A stretch of DNA of 64,000 nucleotides from Candidatus Hydrogenedentota bacterium. Lineage in GTDB: Bacteria; Hydrogenedentota; Hydrogenedentia; Hydrogenedentales; SLHB01. Both the position numbers and the translations under genes were made by a program. The notes under the pieces are model-generated. The model was given only the letters and a program-made list of their open reading frames with translations, had not been told where the DNA came from and did not search any database. Where the stretch lies: assembly GCA_013359265.1 (NCBI GenBank), contig JABWCD010000005.1, positions 73,678 through 137,677 of the forward strand. The letters are read 5' to 3'. Of this stretch, positions 29,523-39,315 are shown in pieces; within the stretch, counting starts at the first letter, position 1; every line of letters begins with the position of its first letter.

Positions 29523-29860
29523 CGTTTTCGTGCTCGTTTTCGTGCTCGTAATCGTAATCGCAGACTCGATCCGCACCGAAACCTACGGGACATACCGGCT
29601 ACGACCTTTCTTGAATCGCGCGAGCACAATTCGAGAATTCTCTTAGCTGCGGGCGCGGGCATTGGTCGGTCATGAAGCCAAACACCCGATTACGATTACG
29701 AAGACGATTACGATTACGAGTCACAATGGGGCATGGATCCACCCAAACGAATTCAGATTCATGGAATGGATGGACGGGATAGACACGATGGACGGCACTA
29801 AGGACGAATGCCGATTATCGATTACGATTACGAGCACGATTACGAGCACGAGCACGAAAA
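29523..29860. repeat. hexamer (CGATTA/CGAGCA) repeat element with inverted terminal tracts
   Basis: TTTTCGTGCTCGTTTTCGTGCTCGTAATCGTAATCG (~29525-29560) vs CGATTACGATTACGAGCACGATTACGAGCACGAGCACGAAAA (~29819-29860); third tract at ~29687-29720. Confidence 0.8.
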
Positions 29861-29887
29861 TGCGGCTACCTGGTTACTGAAATTGCT

Positions 29888-31264
29888 CTAGCCCGTGACG
29901 GCGCGCTGGCGCTGACGCGGGCGCTGCGTGCGATCCCACAACGGCGCGACGTTGCGCGCGTTCCACGCGTCCCAATCTGCCTGCAGTTCCTTCACCACTT
30001 CCGGCATTTCCGCCGCGAGGTTCTTGTCTTCGTGAATGTCTCTTGTAAGGCTGTACAACGCGAGCGGCTCTTCCGCCTGCTTCACCAGCTTGAAGTCGCC
30101 TTTGCGGATTGCCATGTTTTCGCCTTGCCGCCAGTACAAGGCGTCATGCGGCGCGCCGGACGCTTTGCCGTTGAGATAGGGGAGGAGACTCACGCCTTCG
30201 CATTTCGCCGACGCGTCGAGTGTCCCGCCCGCCGCCGCGATCGCCGTCGGCAAAATGTCGAGCGAATTGACCGGCTGCGAATAAGTGACGCCCGCGGGAA
30301 TTTGCCCCGGCCATTGCATCATGTATGGCACGCGTATGCCGCCCTCGAGCACCTGTCCCTTGAACCCGCGCAGCGGATCGTTCTTCGACGAGATTTGCGC
30401 CGTCGGCCCGCCATTGTCGCTGATGAAAATCACGAGCGTGTCACCGGTCAGCCCGTTCGCGTTGAGCGCGCCGAGGATGCTGCCAACGCCGGCATCGAGT
30501 GCCGACAACATTGCCGCAAACTTCCTGCGCTTTTCGTCCGAAATCGAAGCGAACGGCGCCAAATAGTTTTCCAGCGCGTCCATCGGGGCATGCACCGCGT
30601 TGAACGGCATGTACAGAAAGAATGGATGGTCCTTGTGCCGATTGATGAAATCGCACGCCTCACGCGCGAAGTCGTCGGTCGTGTAGCTGATCTCCTTCAC
30701 GGCCTCCCGCCCGCGCAGGATTGGGTTTTTCGCATCCGCGCCGGCGTTCACATACGAATGCGCGCCACCGAGGAACCCATAGTATTCGTCAAACCCGCGG
30801 TCCATCGGGTGGAACCCATCCTGTCCGCCGAGGTGCCACTTACCAACCATTCCCGTTGCGTACCCGAGCTGTTTCATGCGCTGCGGGAACGTCGTTTCCG
30901 ACAGGGGCAGTCCGACGTTCTTCGCCTCCGTGCCGGCTGGACCGGGATTGAACTCATGGCCAAAGCGCTGCTGGTATCGACCCGTCATCAGGCCTGCGCG
31001 CGTGGGACTGCATACCGGACACGTCACGTACCCGTCCGTGAATCGCACGCCGTTCTTGGCGATGGAATCGATATTCGGCGTCAGGATGTCTTTCGAGCCT
31101 TGCGCACTCAACTCGCCATACCCGAGATCGTCCGCGACTATGAGCACGACGTTCGGCTTTCTGCGCGCGGCGGTCGCGGTAGCGGTGGTCGTGCACCCCG
31201 CGCCGTTTATCGCGGCAGCGACCCCAAACGCACCGCACAGCGAAATGAATTGGCGTCGATTCAT
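29888..31264 (-). CDS. Tat-exported arylsulfatase-family sulfatase
   Basis: MNRRQF Tat motif; PNVVLIVADDLG, CSPTR FGly motif, GKWHLG, SDNGG. Confidence 0.93.
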   Translation of the reverse strand: MNRRQFISLCGAFGVAAAINGAGCTTTATATAARRKPNVVLIVADDLGYGELSAQGSKDILTPNIDSIAKNGVRFTDGYVTCPVCSPTRAGLMTGRYQQRFGHEFNPGPAGTEAKNVGLPLSETTFPQRMKQLGYATGMVGKWHLGGQDGFHPMDRGFDEYYGFLGGAHSYVNAGADAKNPILRGREAVKEISYTTDDFAREACDFINRHKDHPFFLYMPFNAVHAPMDALENYLAPFASISDEKRRKFAAMLSALDAGVGSILGALNANGLTGDTLVIFISDNGGPTAQISSKNDPLRGFKGQVLEGGIRVPYMMQWPGQIPAGVTYSQPVNSLDILPTAIAAAGGTLDASAKCEGVSLLPYLNGKASGAPHDALYWRQGENMAIRKGDFKLVKQAEEPLALYSLTRDIHEDKNLAAEMPEVVKELQADWDAWNARNVAPLWDRTQRPRQRQRAVTG

Positions 31265-31879
31265 GTCAAGTCTCCGTATTGGTCCATGCCGCTTGAAACT
31301 TTTGGCAGGTCTATAGCGCAGACCCCGCCAAAGGGGTGACTGTCCCCGCGCCACCCCGTATATTAAATGGCACGAGCCAGAAGTTTCTTGAAGAGCACTG
31401 GGGACATGCGGAATCGTAGTCCGATCACCACTCCGTTGCAACACACCTCCACGGCGGCCATGTAGCCATTCGAAGAGAGAGTTTTTCGAACGCTACGCAT
31501 TTGAGCCGGTACGACCGGAGTCGGCGGCTCCAGGCATCCGCCCTCCGAAAAGGAGTGTCACTTCTTAGGGGAATGTATTGCACCCGCGAAGCGGGAATTG
31601 CCGCTCGAGAAATTGAAACAAAGGTGTGTGGCGATTAAGACTAATGGTCCCCGTCAATGGATTTTGTTGATGTTTGTAGCGCCCGGTCTCCGTGCCGGGC
31701 GGAATTCCACGTGACTGGAACCGCCAAATTCAAATGACGCAGACCACTGGCGCAACTTCACGTGATACGCGGTCGTGGGCAGAAACTGCGCTTCGGAGGT
31801 TTGTGGCAGGATATTGTCGCGCCGAGCCATGGGTACCATCGCAAAAGTGAATATCCACTCAAATCGAGCAGAATCGGAC

Positions 31880-32965
31880 ATGTCCCGCCGCGAGTTTCTC
31901 GCTGCGGGAGGTAGCCTCGCGTTGACGGCGGGCCTGGCATATGCCGCATCAGGACCGGAGCGGCACGGCGGCGACGCCGATCTCCTCGCAAAACTCTGCA
32001 CGCCAAACAAGCACCCGGAGCTTGTGCTTGCACCGTCCTACGAAGCCGGCTCCTACGACGCGTTGGCAATCGATTGTCCGTTTGTTTTCGCCGCGGACGG
32101 TCTGTACTACATGGTCCACATCGGCTTCGATGGCATCGGCTACCGGACGGGACTGGCCCATTCAAATGACCTGATTCATTGGAAGAAAAAGGGCCTCATT
32201 CTCGATCGTGGCGAAGCGGGGTCGGTCACGGAATACAACATCGCGTTGACGTGGATCGTCCGCGACAACGACTTGTTCGGTACCGGCGCATTGAAACGTG
32301 TTCAAGGCCGCTACCTTGGCACCTATCACGCCTATCCCAAACCGGGGTACGAAACCGGACCTGCGGTGATCGGACTGTGTTGGAGCGACGACTTGCGCGA
32401 ATGGACCATCGAGCCGCCCTGCCTCAGCGCATCGGACACTTCGGCGGGTCCGTGGGAACAAGGCGGTCTATACAAGTCGTGTCTCGTAGAAGAGAGTGGC
32501 ACGTACTACATGTTCTATAACGCAAAAACGAAAACCGAGCCGTGGATCGAGCAAACCGGTGTGGCGATATCCGCGGACCTCAAGACCTGGCGGCGTTTCG
32601 AGCGCAATCCGATCCTGCCCGTCGGACCCCGCGGCGCGTTCGACGATGTTTTCTGCAGCGACCCTGCCGTGGTTCGCGTCGGCGAAACGTGGGCCATGTT
32701 CTTCTACACCCTCGGCAGCGACGGCCGTGCGCGGGATTCCGTAGCGTTCTCCGGCGACCTCTTCGCATGGCGCAAAAGTAACGAGATTTTGATCGATGTC
32801 GGCCCGCCGGGCGCCGTCGACTCCCGATACGCACACAAACCGTCCGTCATTGTCAAAGACGGCACGCTCTACCACTTCTATTGCGCCGTCTCGCCTATGC
32901 CCGAACGAACCATCGGCGATCACAAACAGACCGAACGCCGCGGCATAGGCGTCGCCACCTCGTAA
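31880..32965 (+). CDS. Tat-exported five-bladed beta-propeller glycoside hydrolase (GH43/32/130-like)
   Basis: MSRREFL Tat motif; repeated blades DCPFV..YYM..GLAHSNDLIHW, GLCWSDDLREW, GVAISADLKTW, AFSGDLFAW. Confidence 0.75.
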   Translation: MSRREFLAAGGSLALTAGLAYAASGPERHGGDADLLAKLCTPNKHPELVLAPSYEAGSYDALAIDCPFVFAADGLYYMVHIGFDGIGYRTGLAHSNDLIHWKKKGLILDRGEAGSVTEYNIALTWIVRDNDLFGTGALKRVQGRYLGTYHAYPKPGYETGPAVIGLCWSDDLREWTIEPPCLSASDTSAGPWEQGGLYKSCLVEESGTYYMFYNAKTKTEPWIEQTGVAISADLKTWRRFERNPILPVGPRGAFDDVFCSDPAVVRVGETWAMFFYTLGSDGRARDSVAFSGDLFAWRKSNEILIDVGPPGAVDSRYAHKPSVIVKDGTLYHFYCAVSPMPERTIGDHKQTERRGIGVATS

Positions 32966-33026
32966 GTTGCCAGAGGAGCGGAGAATGTGAGCAGAATCGC
33001 GTGGCAACGCAGCGCCTGCCCCGCGG

Positions 33027-33530
33027 CTAAGGCGCGTCTAGCGACCGAAATGTTGCGAGTGGGAGGAACAAGTGCGACGAATGATCGTGGAATTGCTGGA
33101 ATCCATATTTCTGGTAGAACTGCGTCGCGCGTTCGTCGATCGCGTGAACCTCTACGGCAAGAATCGCCATTTGGTCCGCGATTCGCGCTACCCGTTTGAG
33201 CGCATCGACGAGGAGCGTCTGCCCGAGGCCTCTCCCCTGAGCGGTCTTATCTACGGCAAGCTTGCCAATCAATGCCACGGGCAAGGGATACTTGGGTAAC
33301 TTCTTCCGCAGCTCTTCCGGCATATTCTCGAACGCAACGGAGGAGGCAGAAAGTGTGTAATACCCGACGACGGTCGTTTCTCCGGGGTGTACGGCCACAA
33401 ACGTGCGGCCAATGTGTTTGCGTTCGTGCTGCCCTGCATATCTGCGAATATATTCGTCGAGCTGCCCGCGGCCACAGCGGAATTGTTGCCGAACGTGCCG
33501 AGGTCCCAACGGCTCGATGAGCCAACTCAC
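33027..33530 (-). CDS. GNAT acetyltransferase toxin (TacT/AtaT/KacT-like)
   Basis: FRCG..LDEYI, VVGYYTL, PVALIGKLAVD..QGRGLG, VHAIDERA..FYQKYGF. Confidence 0.9.
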   Translation of the reverse strand: MSWLIEPLGPRHVRQQFRCGRGQLDEYIRRYAGQHERKHIGRTFVAVHPGETTVVGYYTLSASSVAFENMPEELRKKLPKYPLPVALIGKLAVDKTAQGRGLGQTLLVDALKRVARIADQMAILAVEVHAIDERATQFYQKYGFQQFHDHSSHLFLPLATFRSLDAP

Positions 33531-33793
33531 CTCAATCGGCGCTTTTGGTGTGACTTTACGGCATCTCGCAGCGCCTTATTCGGTCTGGGCGGTGCATCGA
33601 GCAACTTTAGGAAGAGGTCGCGATCCCTGTCGGACAGCACGACTTGTGCATGTTCGGCAACTACCTTACCCGCCTCGTCCAGCAGCGTCGCGACGACAAA
33701 CTGGGTGACGGTTTGGTTTCGCAATTCAGCTGCCTGTTGGATCAACGTTTTCGAATCCGCATTCAGTCGGATATCGAGTCGTGTCGCGTTCAT
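33527..33793 (-). CDS. DUF1778 RHH antitoxin (TacA/AtaR/KacA-like)
   Basis: RLDIRL..KTLIQQAA..TVTQFV..LSDRD..FL.LLDAPPRPNKAL; 4-nt overlap with the toxin. Confidence 0.9.
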   Translation of the reverse strand: MNATRLDIRLNADSKTLIQQAAELRNQTVTQFVVATLLDEAGKVVAEHAQVVLSDRDRDLFLKLLDAPPRPNKALRDAVKSHQKRRLR

Positions 33794-33824
33794 GCTTTGC
33801 TCCGAAGGCCCTAACGCCGGGCGC

Positions 33825-33857
33825 AGTATACCACGCTGTACGGCAATTTGCCGCACA
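33825..33857 (-). promoter_or_regulatory. TA operon extended -10 and RHH operator palindrome
   Basis: TGTACGGCAA-T-TTGCCGCACA (33837-33857, 1 mismatch); minus strand TGG-TATACT at 33825-33833. Confidence 0.7.
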
Positions 33858-33873
33858 AACCTTGTCTGTACGA

Positions 33874-34524
33874 CTACGCCGATTCCTCTTTTTCCGCGAT
33901 GCCTTTTTCCTTGGCGTACTCACGGAGTTTTTCGCGGAGCATTTTGCGGCCGCGGAACAGGCGGGACATGACGGTGCCGATGGGGCAGCCCATGCGGTCT
34001 GCGATTTCCTTATAGGACAGGTCTTCGATGTCGGCCATGACGACGGCGTTGCGGAAGTCATCTGGAAGGGACTCGATGGCGAGTTTGACTTCGTCATCGA
34101 GAAGTTCCATGAGTTCCTTGGCGCCGCGGTGTTCGGGCTCGTAGCGGACGGTTGGGTCGGGTGACGTGTCTTCTGCCGCCTCGGCGCCGGTCAGTTCGAC
34201 GGCCGCGGGGCGTCGGGCGCGGCGGCGGTACTCATTAATATAGGTATTGCGGAGGATAGTCAGCAGCCACGCCTTGATGTAGGTGCCCTTCTCGAACTTG
34301 TCGTGGAACCGCAGGGCCTTCAGGACGGTGTTTTGGGTCAGGTCGGCGGCGTCCGCGGGGTTTCGCGTGTGGCGCAGGGCGACGGCGTAGAGCATGTCCA
34401 TATGCTCGATAACGAGTTGCTCGAACTCGGGAGAACGGGCCTTCCCGTCGTTGTCGGATGGTTCCAAGGGGTTACTGCTTTCGTTGGTGGTGGGGTGGGG
34501 ATCGGACGGCTTCCCCCGAGTCAA
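33874..34524 (-). CDS. ECF sigma-70 factor (SigH/SigR-like)
   Basis: DAADLTQNT..KA, GTYIKAWLLTILRNTYINEYRR, SYKEIA..MGCPIGTVMSRLFRGR; exact start uncertain. Confidence 0.9.
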   Translation of the reverse strand: MTRGKPSDPHPTTNESSNPLEPSDNDGKARSPEFEQLVIEHMDMLYAVALRHTRNPADAADLTQNTVLKALRFHDKFEKGTYIKAWLLTILRNTYINEYRRRARRPAAVELTGAEAAEDTSPDPTVRYEPEHRGAKELMELLDDEVKLAIESLPDDFRNAVVMADIEDLSYKEIADRMGCPIGTVMSRLFRGRKMLREKLREYAKEKGIAEKEESA

Positions 34525-34660
34525 CAGGAATATTCCCGCACCGTTCGGGAATATTAACAGTCTTCCGGGCAGGCTTCAACCGTAATATTCCCGCTTGAAG
34601 GTCAATGCAGCGCGACTTTATGATCCTACCGGGACAAAAAGGGGCGAATGGGGATTCGTA

Positions 34661-35662
34661 ATGGCTTGTGAAGCAATAGCTTATGCGCGCGCTGGGCTGA
34701 TCGGCAATCCCTCGGACGGGTATTTTGGAAAGACGATCAGCTTTACCATACGCGACTTCGGGGCGAAGGTGAGCTTCTACGAGCACCCCGAGGTTGAAAT
34801 CGTGCCGAGTATGCGCGACCGCTCGACCTATGCGTCCGTGCGCGACCTGGTGGAAGACGTCGAGCAGTTTGGGTACTACGGCGCGATCCGGCTGGTGAAG
34901 GCGGCGATTCGGAAATTCGCGGACTACTGCGACGCCGAGCGCATTGCCCTGCCCAATCGGAACTTCCAGGTCCGGTACCGAACGACCATCCCGCGGCACG
35001 TCGGGTTGGCGGGGTCAAGCGCACTCGTGACCGCGACGATGAAGTGTCTTCTCGAATTCTACGAGGTGGAGATTCCACGCGAGATTCTGCCGAACTTGAT
35101 CCTCAGCGTCGAGACCGAAGAACTCGGTATCGCGGCGGGCCTGCAAGACCGGGTCATTCAAGTCTACGAAGGCTGCGTGTTCATGGATTTCGACCGCGCG
35201 CTGATGGAGTCGCGCGGTTACGGCAACTACGAAGAACTCGACGCGGCACTCTTGCCGAATCTGTATATTGCGTACCGGACGCGGCTGGCGGAAGGGTCGT
35301 ACGTGTTTCACAATAACATTCGCGAGCGCTGGCGCAATGGCGACCCTGTTGTCGTGGATGCCATGAAACAGTTCGCGGAGTTCGCGCAGGAAGTGCGCGA
35401 TCTGCTACTGGCCGGACGCGGCGGCGAGATCGGCCCAATCCTGAACAAAAACTTCGATCTGCGGCGGACGTTGTACCGAATCTCAGACGATAACATCGAT
35501 CTCGTCGAGCGCGCGAGGTCCGTGGGCGCGAGCGCGAAGTTCGCGGGTTCCGGTGGCGCGATAGTCGGCACGTACGAAGACGAGGCGATGTTTCAGAATT
35601 TGTTGCGCGTTTACGAAGGAACCGGCACGGCGGTGATTAAGCCAAACTTGGGGCAGGCGTGA
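34661..35662 (+). CDS. GHMP kinase, glucuronokinase-like
   Basis: AYARAGLIGNPSDGYFGKTISF, GYYG.IRL, IPRHVGLAGSSA, ELGIAAGLQDRV.QVY, NFDLRR, KFAGSGGA. Confidence 0.82.
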   Translation: MACEAIAYARAGLIGNPSDGYFGKTISFTIRDFGAKVSFYEHPEVEIVPSMRDRSTYASVRDLVEDVEQFGYYGAIRLVKAAIRKFADYCDAERIALPNRNFQVRYRTTIPRHVGLAGSSALVTATMKCLLEFYEVEIPREILPNLILSVETEELGIAAGLQDRVIQVYEGCVFMDFDRALMESRGYGNYEELDAALLPNLYIAYRTRLAEGSYVFHNNIRERWRNGDPVVVDAMKQFAEFAQEVRDLLLAGRGGEIGPILNKNFDLRRTLYRISDDNIDLVERARSVGASAKFAGSGGAIVGTYEDEAMFQNLLRVYEGTGTAVIKPNLGQA

Positions 35663-36558
35663 TGCGCGTCCGTCGCGCGTTGGATCGCCGCATTGCGCTG
35701 ACAATGAGCGTATGTGCGATCGGCGCGGCACAGGCCGCACCGCTTGCGCATGACGCGCCGGAGACAATCGCCGCCGCGACGCTCGAAGAATTTCCTGTCA
35801 GCGTTGGCGCGCGGACGATTACCGTGCGCGTGCTGTCTCCGCCGGCAGGTAAACTTGCAGCGGACCCGGCGCTATTGTTCATGTTCGCACTCGACAGCGC
35901 CACGACACTGTCCAAGCGGCCGTATTGTCTCGCGGCGGAACACTTTCTTTCGCACGGACACCGCGCGGCAAGTTTCGATTTGCCCGCGCACGGCGATCGC
36001 GTCGGCACGGGCCGCAGCGGAATTGAAGGAATGCGCGATGCCTACGTCGCGGGCGAAGACGTGTTCGCCGCATTTGTAGACGACGGTAAAGCCGCGATCG
36101 ACGAGTGCATCAAGTGCGGCCTCGCAAAACCCGGACGCATTGCGGTCGCGGGCACGTCACGCGGCGGATACATGGCGCTGCGCCTCTTGGCGGGCGACGA
36201 TCGCATCGCCGCGGGCGCGGGCTTTGCGCCGGTGACGGATTGGCGCGCGCTACGCGAATTCGAGGCGGACAAGGAACGCGCCGACGTGCGCGATCTGCAA
36301 TTGACCAATTTCGTCAGCGGCATGACGGGCAAGCGCGTGTTTGTCGCCATCGGAAAAACGGACGCGCGCGTGAGCACGGAGCGTTGCACGGAGTTCGCGA
36401 ACGCGTTGAAGCAGGCAAATGCCGACGCGGGGCACAGCGCGGACGTGATCGAATTTCATCTTACCGATGACGCGGGCCACTCGCTTGGCGACGCGTGGTA
36501 CGACCGCGCACGCACATTTCTCTTGAACGCAGTGACGGCGGCTGCACCGTCGCCATAG
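35659..36558 (+). CDS. secreted alpha/beta hydrolase
   Basis: FDLPAHG, GTSRGG nucleophile elbow, D.RV, AGH catalytic His. Confidence 0.8.
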   Translation: MMRVRRALDRRIALTMSVCAIGAAQAAPLAHDAPETIAAATLEEFPVSVGARTITVRVLSPPAGKLAADPALLFMFALDSATTLSKRPYCLAAEHFLSHGHRAASFDLPAHGDRVGTGRSGIEGMRDAYVAGEDVFAAFVDDGKAAIDECIKCGLAKPGRIAVAGTSRGGYMALRLLAGDDRIAAGAGFAPVTDWRALREFEADKERADVRDLQLTNFVSGMTGKRVFVAIGKTDARVSTERCTEFANALKQANADAGHSADVIEFHLTDDAGHSLGDAWYDRARTFLLNAVTAAAPSP

Positions 36559-36560
36559 CC

Positions 36561-37052
36561 GTGTCTGAAATCGCGATATGGGCGATCACGCCGGACGACG
36601 CATCATTCCTGCCGGAGGTTGTGTATTACGCGATTCATGTTCCACCCGGCGCGTTGCCGCCCCCTCGCGACATCGTGAACGATCCGGGCGTCGCCAAGTA
36701 TGTGCGCGCGTGGGGGAGAGCGGGGGACTACGGTGTGGTCGCAGTTGATCTCGGGACGAGTGAACGCGTCGGCGCGGCGTGGATGCGCTTGTTCACTTCG
36801 GGCGATCCTGGATACGGATTTATCTCGGAGGATGTCCCGGAGATTTCGGTCGCGCTTCTCCCGGAATTCCGAAACCGAGGTGTCGGATCGCGATTGATTA
36901 AACATCTCATCGACTACGCGACCGGAAAGTATCCTGCGCTGTCTCTGAGTGTAGTCGATTCGAACCCAGCGATCCGGCTCTATGATCGATTCGGCTTCCA
37001 GCGGGTGGGCATCACCGGCAATTCGATCACCATGCGGTTGGAACTGGCATAG
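36561..37052 (+). CDS. GNAT family N-acetyltransferase
   Basis: VGAAWMR, GYGF..PEISVA..RNRGVG, LSLSV..NPA.RLYDRFGF. Confidence 0.85.
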   Translation: MSEIAIWAITPDDASFLPEVVYYAIHVPPGALPPPRDIVNDPGVAKYVRAWGRAGDYGVVAVDLGTSERVGAAWMRLFTSGDPGYGFISEDVPEISVALLPEFRNRGVGSRLIKHLIDYATGKYPALSLSVVDSNPAIRLYDRFGFQRVGITGNSITMRLELA

Positions 37053-37182
37053 ATGGGCACGAACTACCTTCGTTAAACCGGCGGGTCGATGTAGGGTGGG
37101 AGGTTCGCCAAGCGTTAACGCCTTTCCATAACAGGAGTTACACGGTGTCTGTCAGTCCCGCGACGCGCTTGGTCTTGCGCTC

Positions 37183-37211
37183 TTTACGAATGATGTCTTT
37201 TTTGGTATAAA
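37183..37211 (+). promoter_or_regulatory. putative sigma70 promoter
   Basis: TTTACG-17 bp-TATAAA with TG extension. Confidence 0.5.
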
Positions 37212-37260
37212 TTAGGGGCTGTCCTTACCGACCGATAGGTAAATTACGAGGAGATCCCCC

Positions 37261-38046
37261 ATGTCTGACGCAATAACATTGTCCCACGAAGGTACGGCCT
37301 CTGTCGTTACGCTCACGCTTCCCCCGTTTAACCTGTTGGATATCGAGACGATGGAGCAGCTCGTTGCGATTCATCGCGAGGCAGACGCGCACGAGGGGAC
37401 GCGGGTCATTGTCACGCGATCCGGGTTGGACGGGATGTTTTGTAACGGGCTGAATCCGATGACTGTGTTGGACGCCGACCTCGCTGGGCGAAGGGCCATC
37501 TTCGAGGCCGTTGGCCGGTTGGCGGCGGGATTGTACACGCTGACCAAGCCGCATATTGCCGTACTCAATGGACCCGCAATGGCCGGCGGAGCGGTGTTGG
37601 CGATTCTCGCGGACTTTCGCTACATTGACGCGGAGCGCGGCGCAATTTGCTTCGCGGAGGCGAAGGTGGGCGTACCGATTCCCGAGGGACTCGTAGCGGT
37701 AATCGGCAATGTCTGCCAGACGCCGGCAATGCGCGAGGTGGTGATGCTGGGCAAGAATTTCGACGCGCAGAGCGCGTTGAACGTCGGCTTGGTCGATGGC
37801 ATCGCGACGCGAGACGGGCTCGATGAGATAGTCGCAAAGCAGGTGGCGCGGTTGTCGCGGCTTAGCTTGGACGTGCTTGTCGCGTCGAAAGCGTCGCTGC
37901 GCGCGGCGGTGCGCGCGAAAGCCGTCGATCCCTTTGCATCGGGCTCGAGCAACGGTAAGCATTTCATGGATTTCATTGGCGACGACTACCTCGGCGAAGG
38001 GTTGCGCGCTTTTATGGAAGGACGGCAGCCGGTGTTTACAAAGTAA
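37261..38046 (+). CDS. enoyl-CoA hydratase/isomerase family protein
   Basis: FCNGLN, KPHIAVLNGPAMAGG, EAKVG, AL.VGLVD, EGLRAFMEGRQPVF; GAGGAG RBS. Confidence 0.9.
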   Translation: MSDAITLSHEGTASVVTLTLPPFNLLDIETMEQLVAIHREADAHEGTRVIVTRSGLDGMFCNGLNPMTVLDADLAGRRAIFEAVGRLAAGLYTLTKPHIAVLNGPAMAGGAVLAILADFRYIDAERGAICFAEAKVGVPIPEGLVAVIGNVCQTPAMREVVMLGKNFDAQSALNVGLVDGIATRDGLDEIVAKQVARLSRLSLDVLVASKASLRAAVRAKAVDPFASGSSNGKHFMDFIGDDYLGEGLRAFMEGRQPVFTK

Positions 38047-38152
38047 CTGGGAAACGGGAAACGTGTTTCGGAAGAACCTGCGAGCGTTCACGCGAGTACA
38101 AGATTGTCACTCGCGATCACGTGTCCAATGCGTTCGCAGGGCTGTAACCCTC

Positions 38153-38941
38153 TCAGGCGGCGCTCCAATTCGGACTTAACTCGATGTCGCACAGGTTCGC
38201 GATCGAATCGACGATCACGTCGGGACGATAGGCGAACTTTTTGAGGTCTTCGTGCCGTGTGCCGCCGCTGAGGACGAGAATCGTGCGATAACCCATCTGT
38301 AACCCGCCGACAATGTCCGTTTCCATGGTGTCGCCGATCATGGTGCACTGCTCGGCAGACAGGCCCAATTCCTTTCGCGCGGCGCGCATCATGATCGGGT
38401 TGGGTTTGCCGACGCTGAACGCCGGGATGCCGGTGGCGCTTTCGAGCATGGCGGTGATTGCGCCACAGCCGGGTCGAATGCCGTCTGCAGTGGGGCAGTT
38501 GGGGTCCATGTTCGTCGAGACCAGTTTCGCGCCGTTGAAAATCATGCGCGTTGCCCGCTCCATGATCTCGAATGTCATCGTGCGGCCTTCGCCGACGACG
38601 ACATAATCCGGATCGCTGTCTACGATTGCGTATCCGTTCGCGTGCAACGCCTGGAGCAAGCCGCCTTCGCCGATGACGAACGCGGTGCCGTTCGGTTTTT
38701 GCGCCGCGAGAAAACGGGCGGTCGCCATCGCACACGTGTAGATGTGGCGTTCTTCAACGGCAATGCCCATGCGCTGCAGGCGCGTCGCAACGTCGCGGCG
38801 CGTTCGCTGGCTGTTGTTTGTAAGAAACATGAACGGCACATCCATTTCGCGCAACCGGCGGATGAACTGGTCCGCGCCGGCGATCAACTGTGTGCCGCGG
38901 TAGATAACGCCATCCATATCGATCAGGTAACCACGCTTCAT
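38153..38941 (-). CDS. nagD: HAD-IIA hydrolase (NagD family)
   Basis: DMDGVIY, LTNNS, GKPN, IGDTMETDI, LVLSG. Confidence 0.85.
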   Translation of the reverse strand: MKRGYLIDMDGVIYRGTQLIAGADQFIRRLREMDVPFMFLTNNSQRTRRDVATRLQRMGIAVEERHIYTCAMATARFLAAQKPNGTAFVIGEGGLLQALHANGYAIVDSDPDYVVVGEGRTMTFEIMERATRMIFNGAKLVSTNMDPNCPTADGIRPGCGAITAMLESATGIPAFSVGKPNPIMMRAARKELGLSAEQCTMIGDTMETDIVGGLQMGYRTILVLSGGTRHEDLKKFAYRPDVIVDSIANLCDIELSPNWSAA

Positions 38942-39274
38942 ATCAGAACTACTGCTCCTTGCTATTTACTACTGGCCCGTCACCGGCTGCACGAACTATG
39001 CGCGACCGAGGTGTGGACCCGGTTAGGGTTTCGATTAAATCAGGTTTGGTAGAGGCAACTCACGGGCCAACGTTGGGGAGATTCGCCGTAACCTGCGCGC
39101 TGGCATGGGATTGCGTGATGCCATGAACGGTTTCTCCATGAGAAACGCGCGCAGAATTCGCTACGGCGACGTAGGAGGTATTGTCGAAACATACCGTGGT
39201 GTAGGCAGTTATAGGGCAGTAGTTCCCGCGAAAGACCGAATCTCGATCGAGCGAAACAGCTTGGGCGCGGAGTC

Positions 39275-39315
39275 GAAAAATGGTCGGGGCGACTGGATTC
39301 GAACCAGCGACCCCT
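39275..39315 (-). repeat. att site: duplicated 3' end of tRNA-Pro
   Basis: GAAAAATGGTCGGGGCGACTGGATTCGAACCAGCGACCCCT, identical to 48611-48651. Confidence 0.93.

Noticed and set aside
29523-29860. CRISPR array
   Set aside because: Short hexamer tracts with no constant 25-45 bp repeat, no unique spacers and no cas genes
29662-29880. 72-aa ORF with ITITKTITIT repeats
   Set aside because: Translation of the hexamer repeat; no RBS or family motif
31265-31879. ncRNA or small gene in the ~600-bp divergent intergenic region
   Set aside because: No recognisable RNA family motif or convincing ORF by eye
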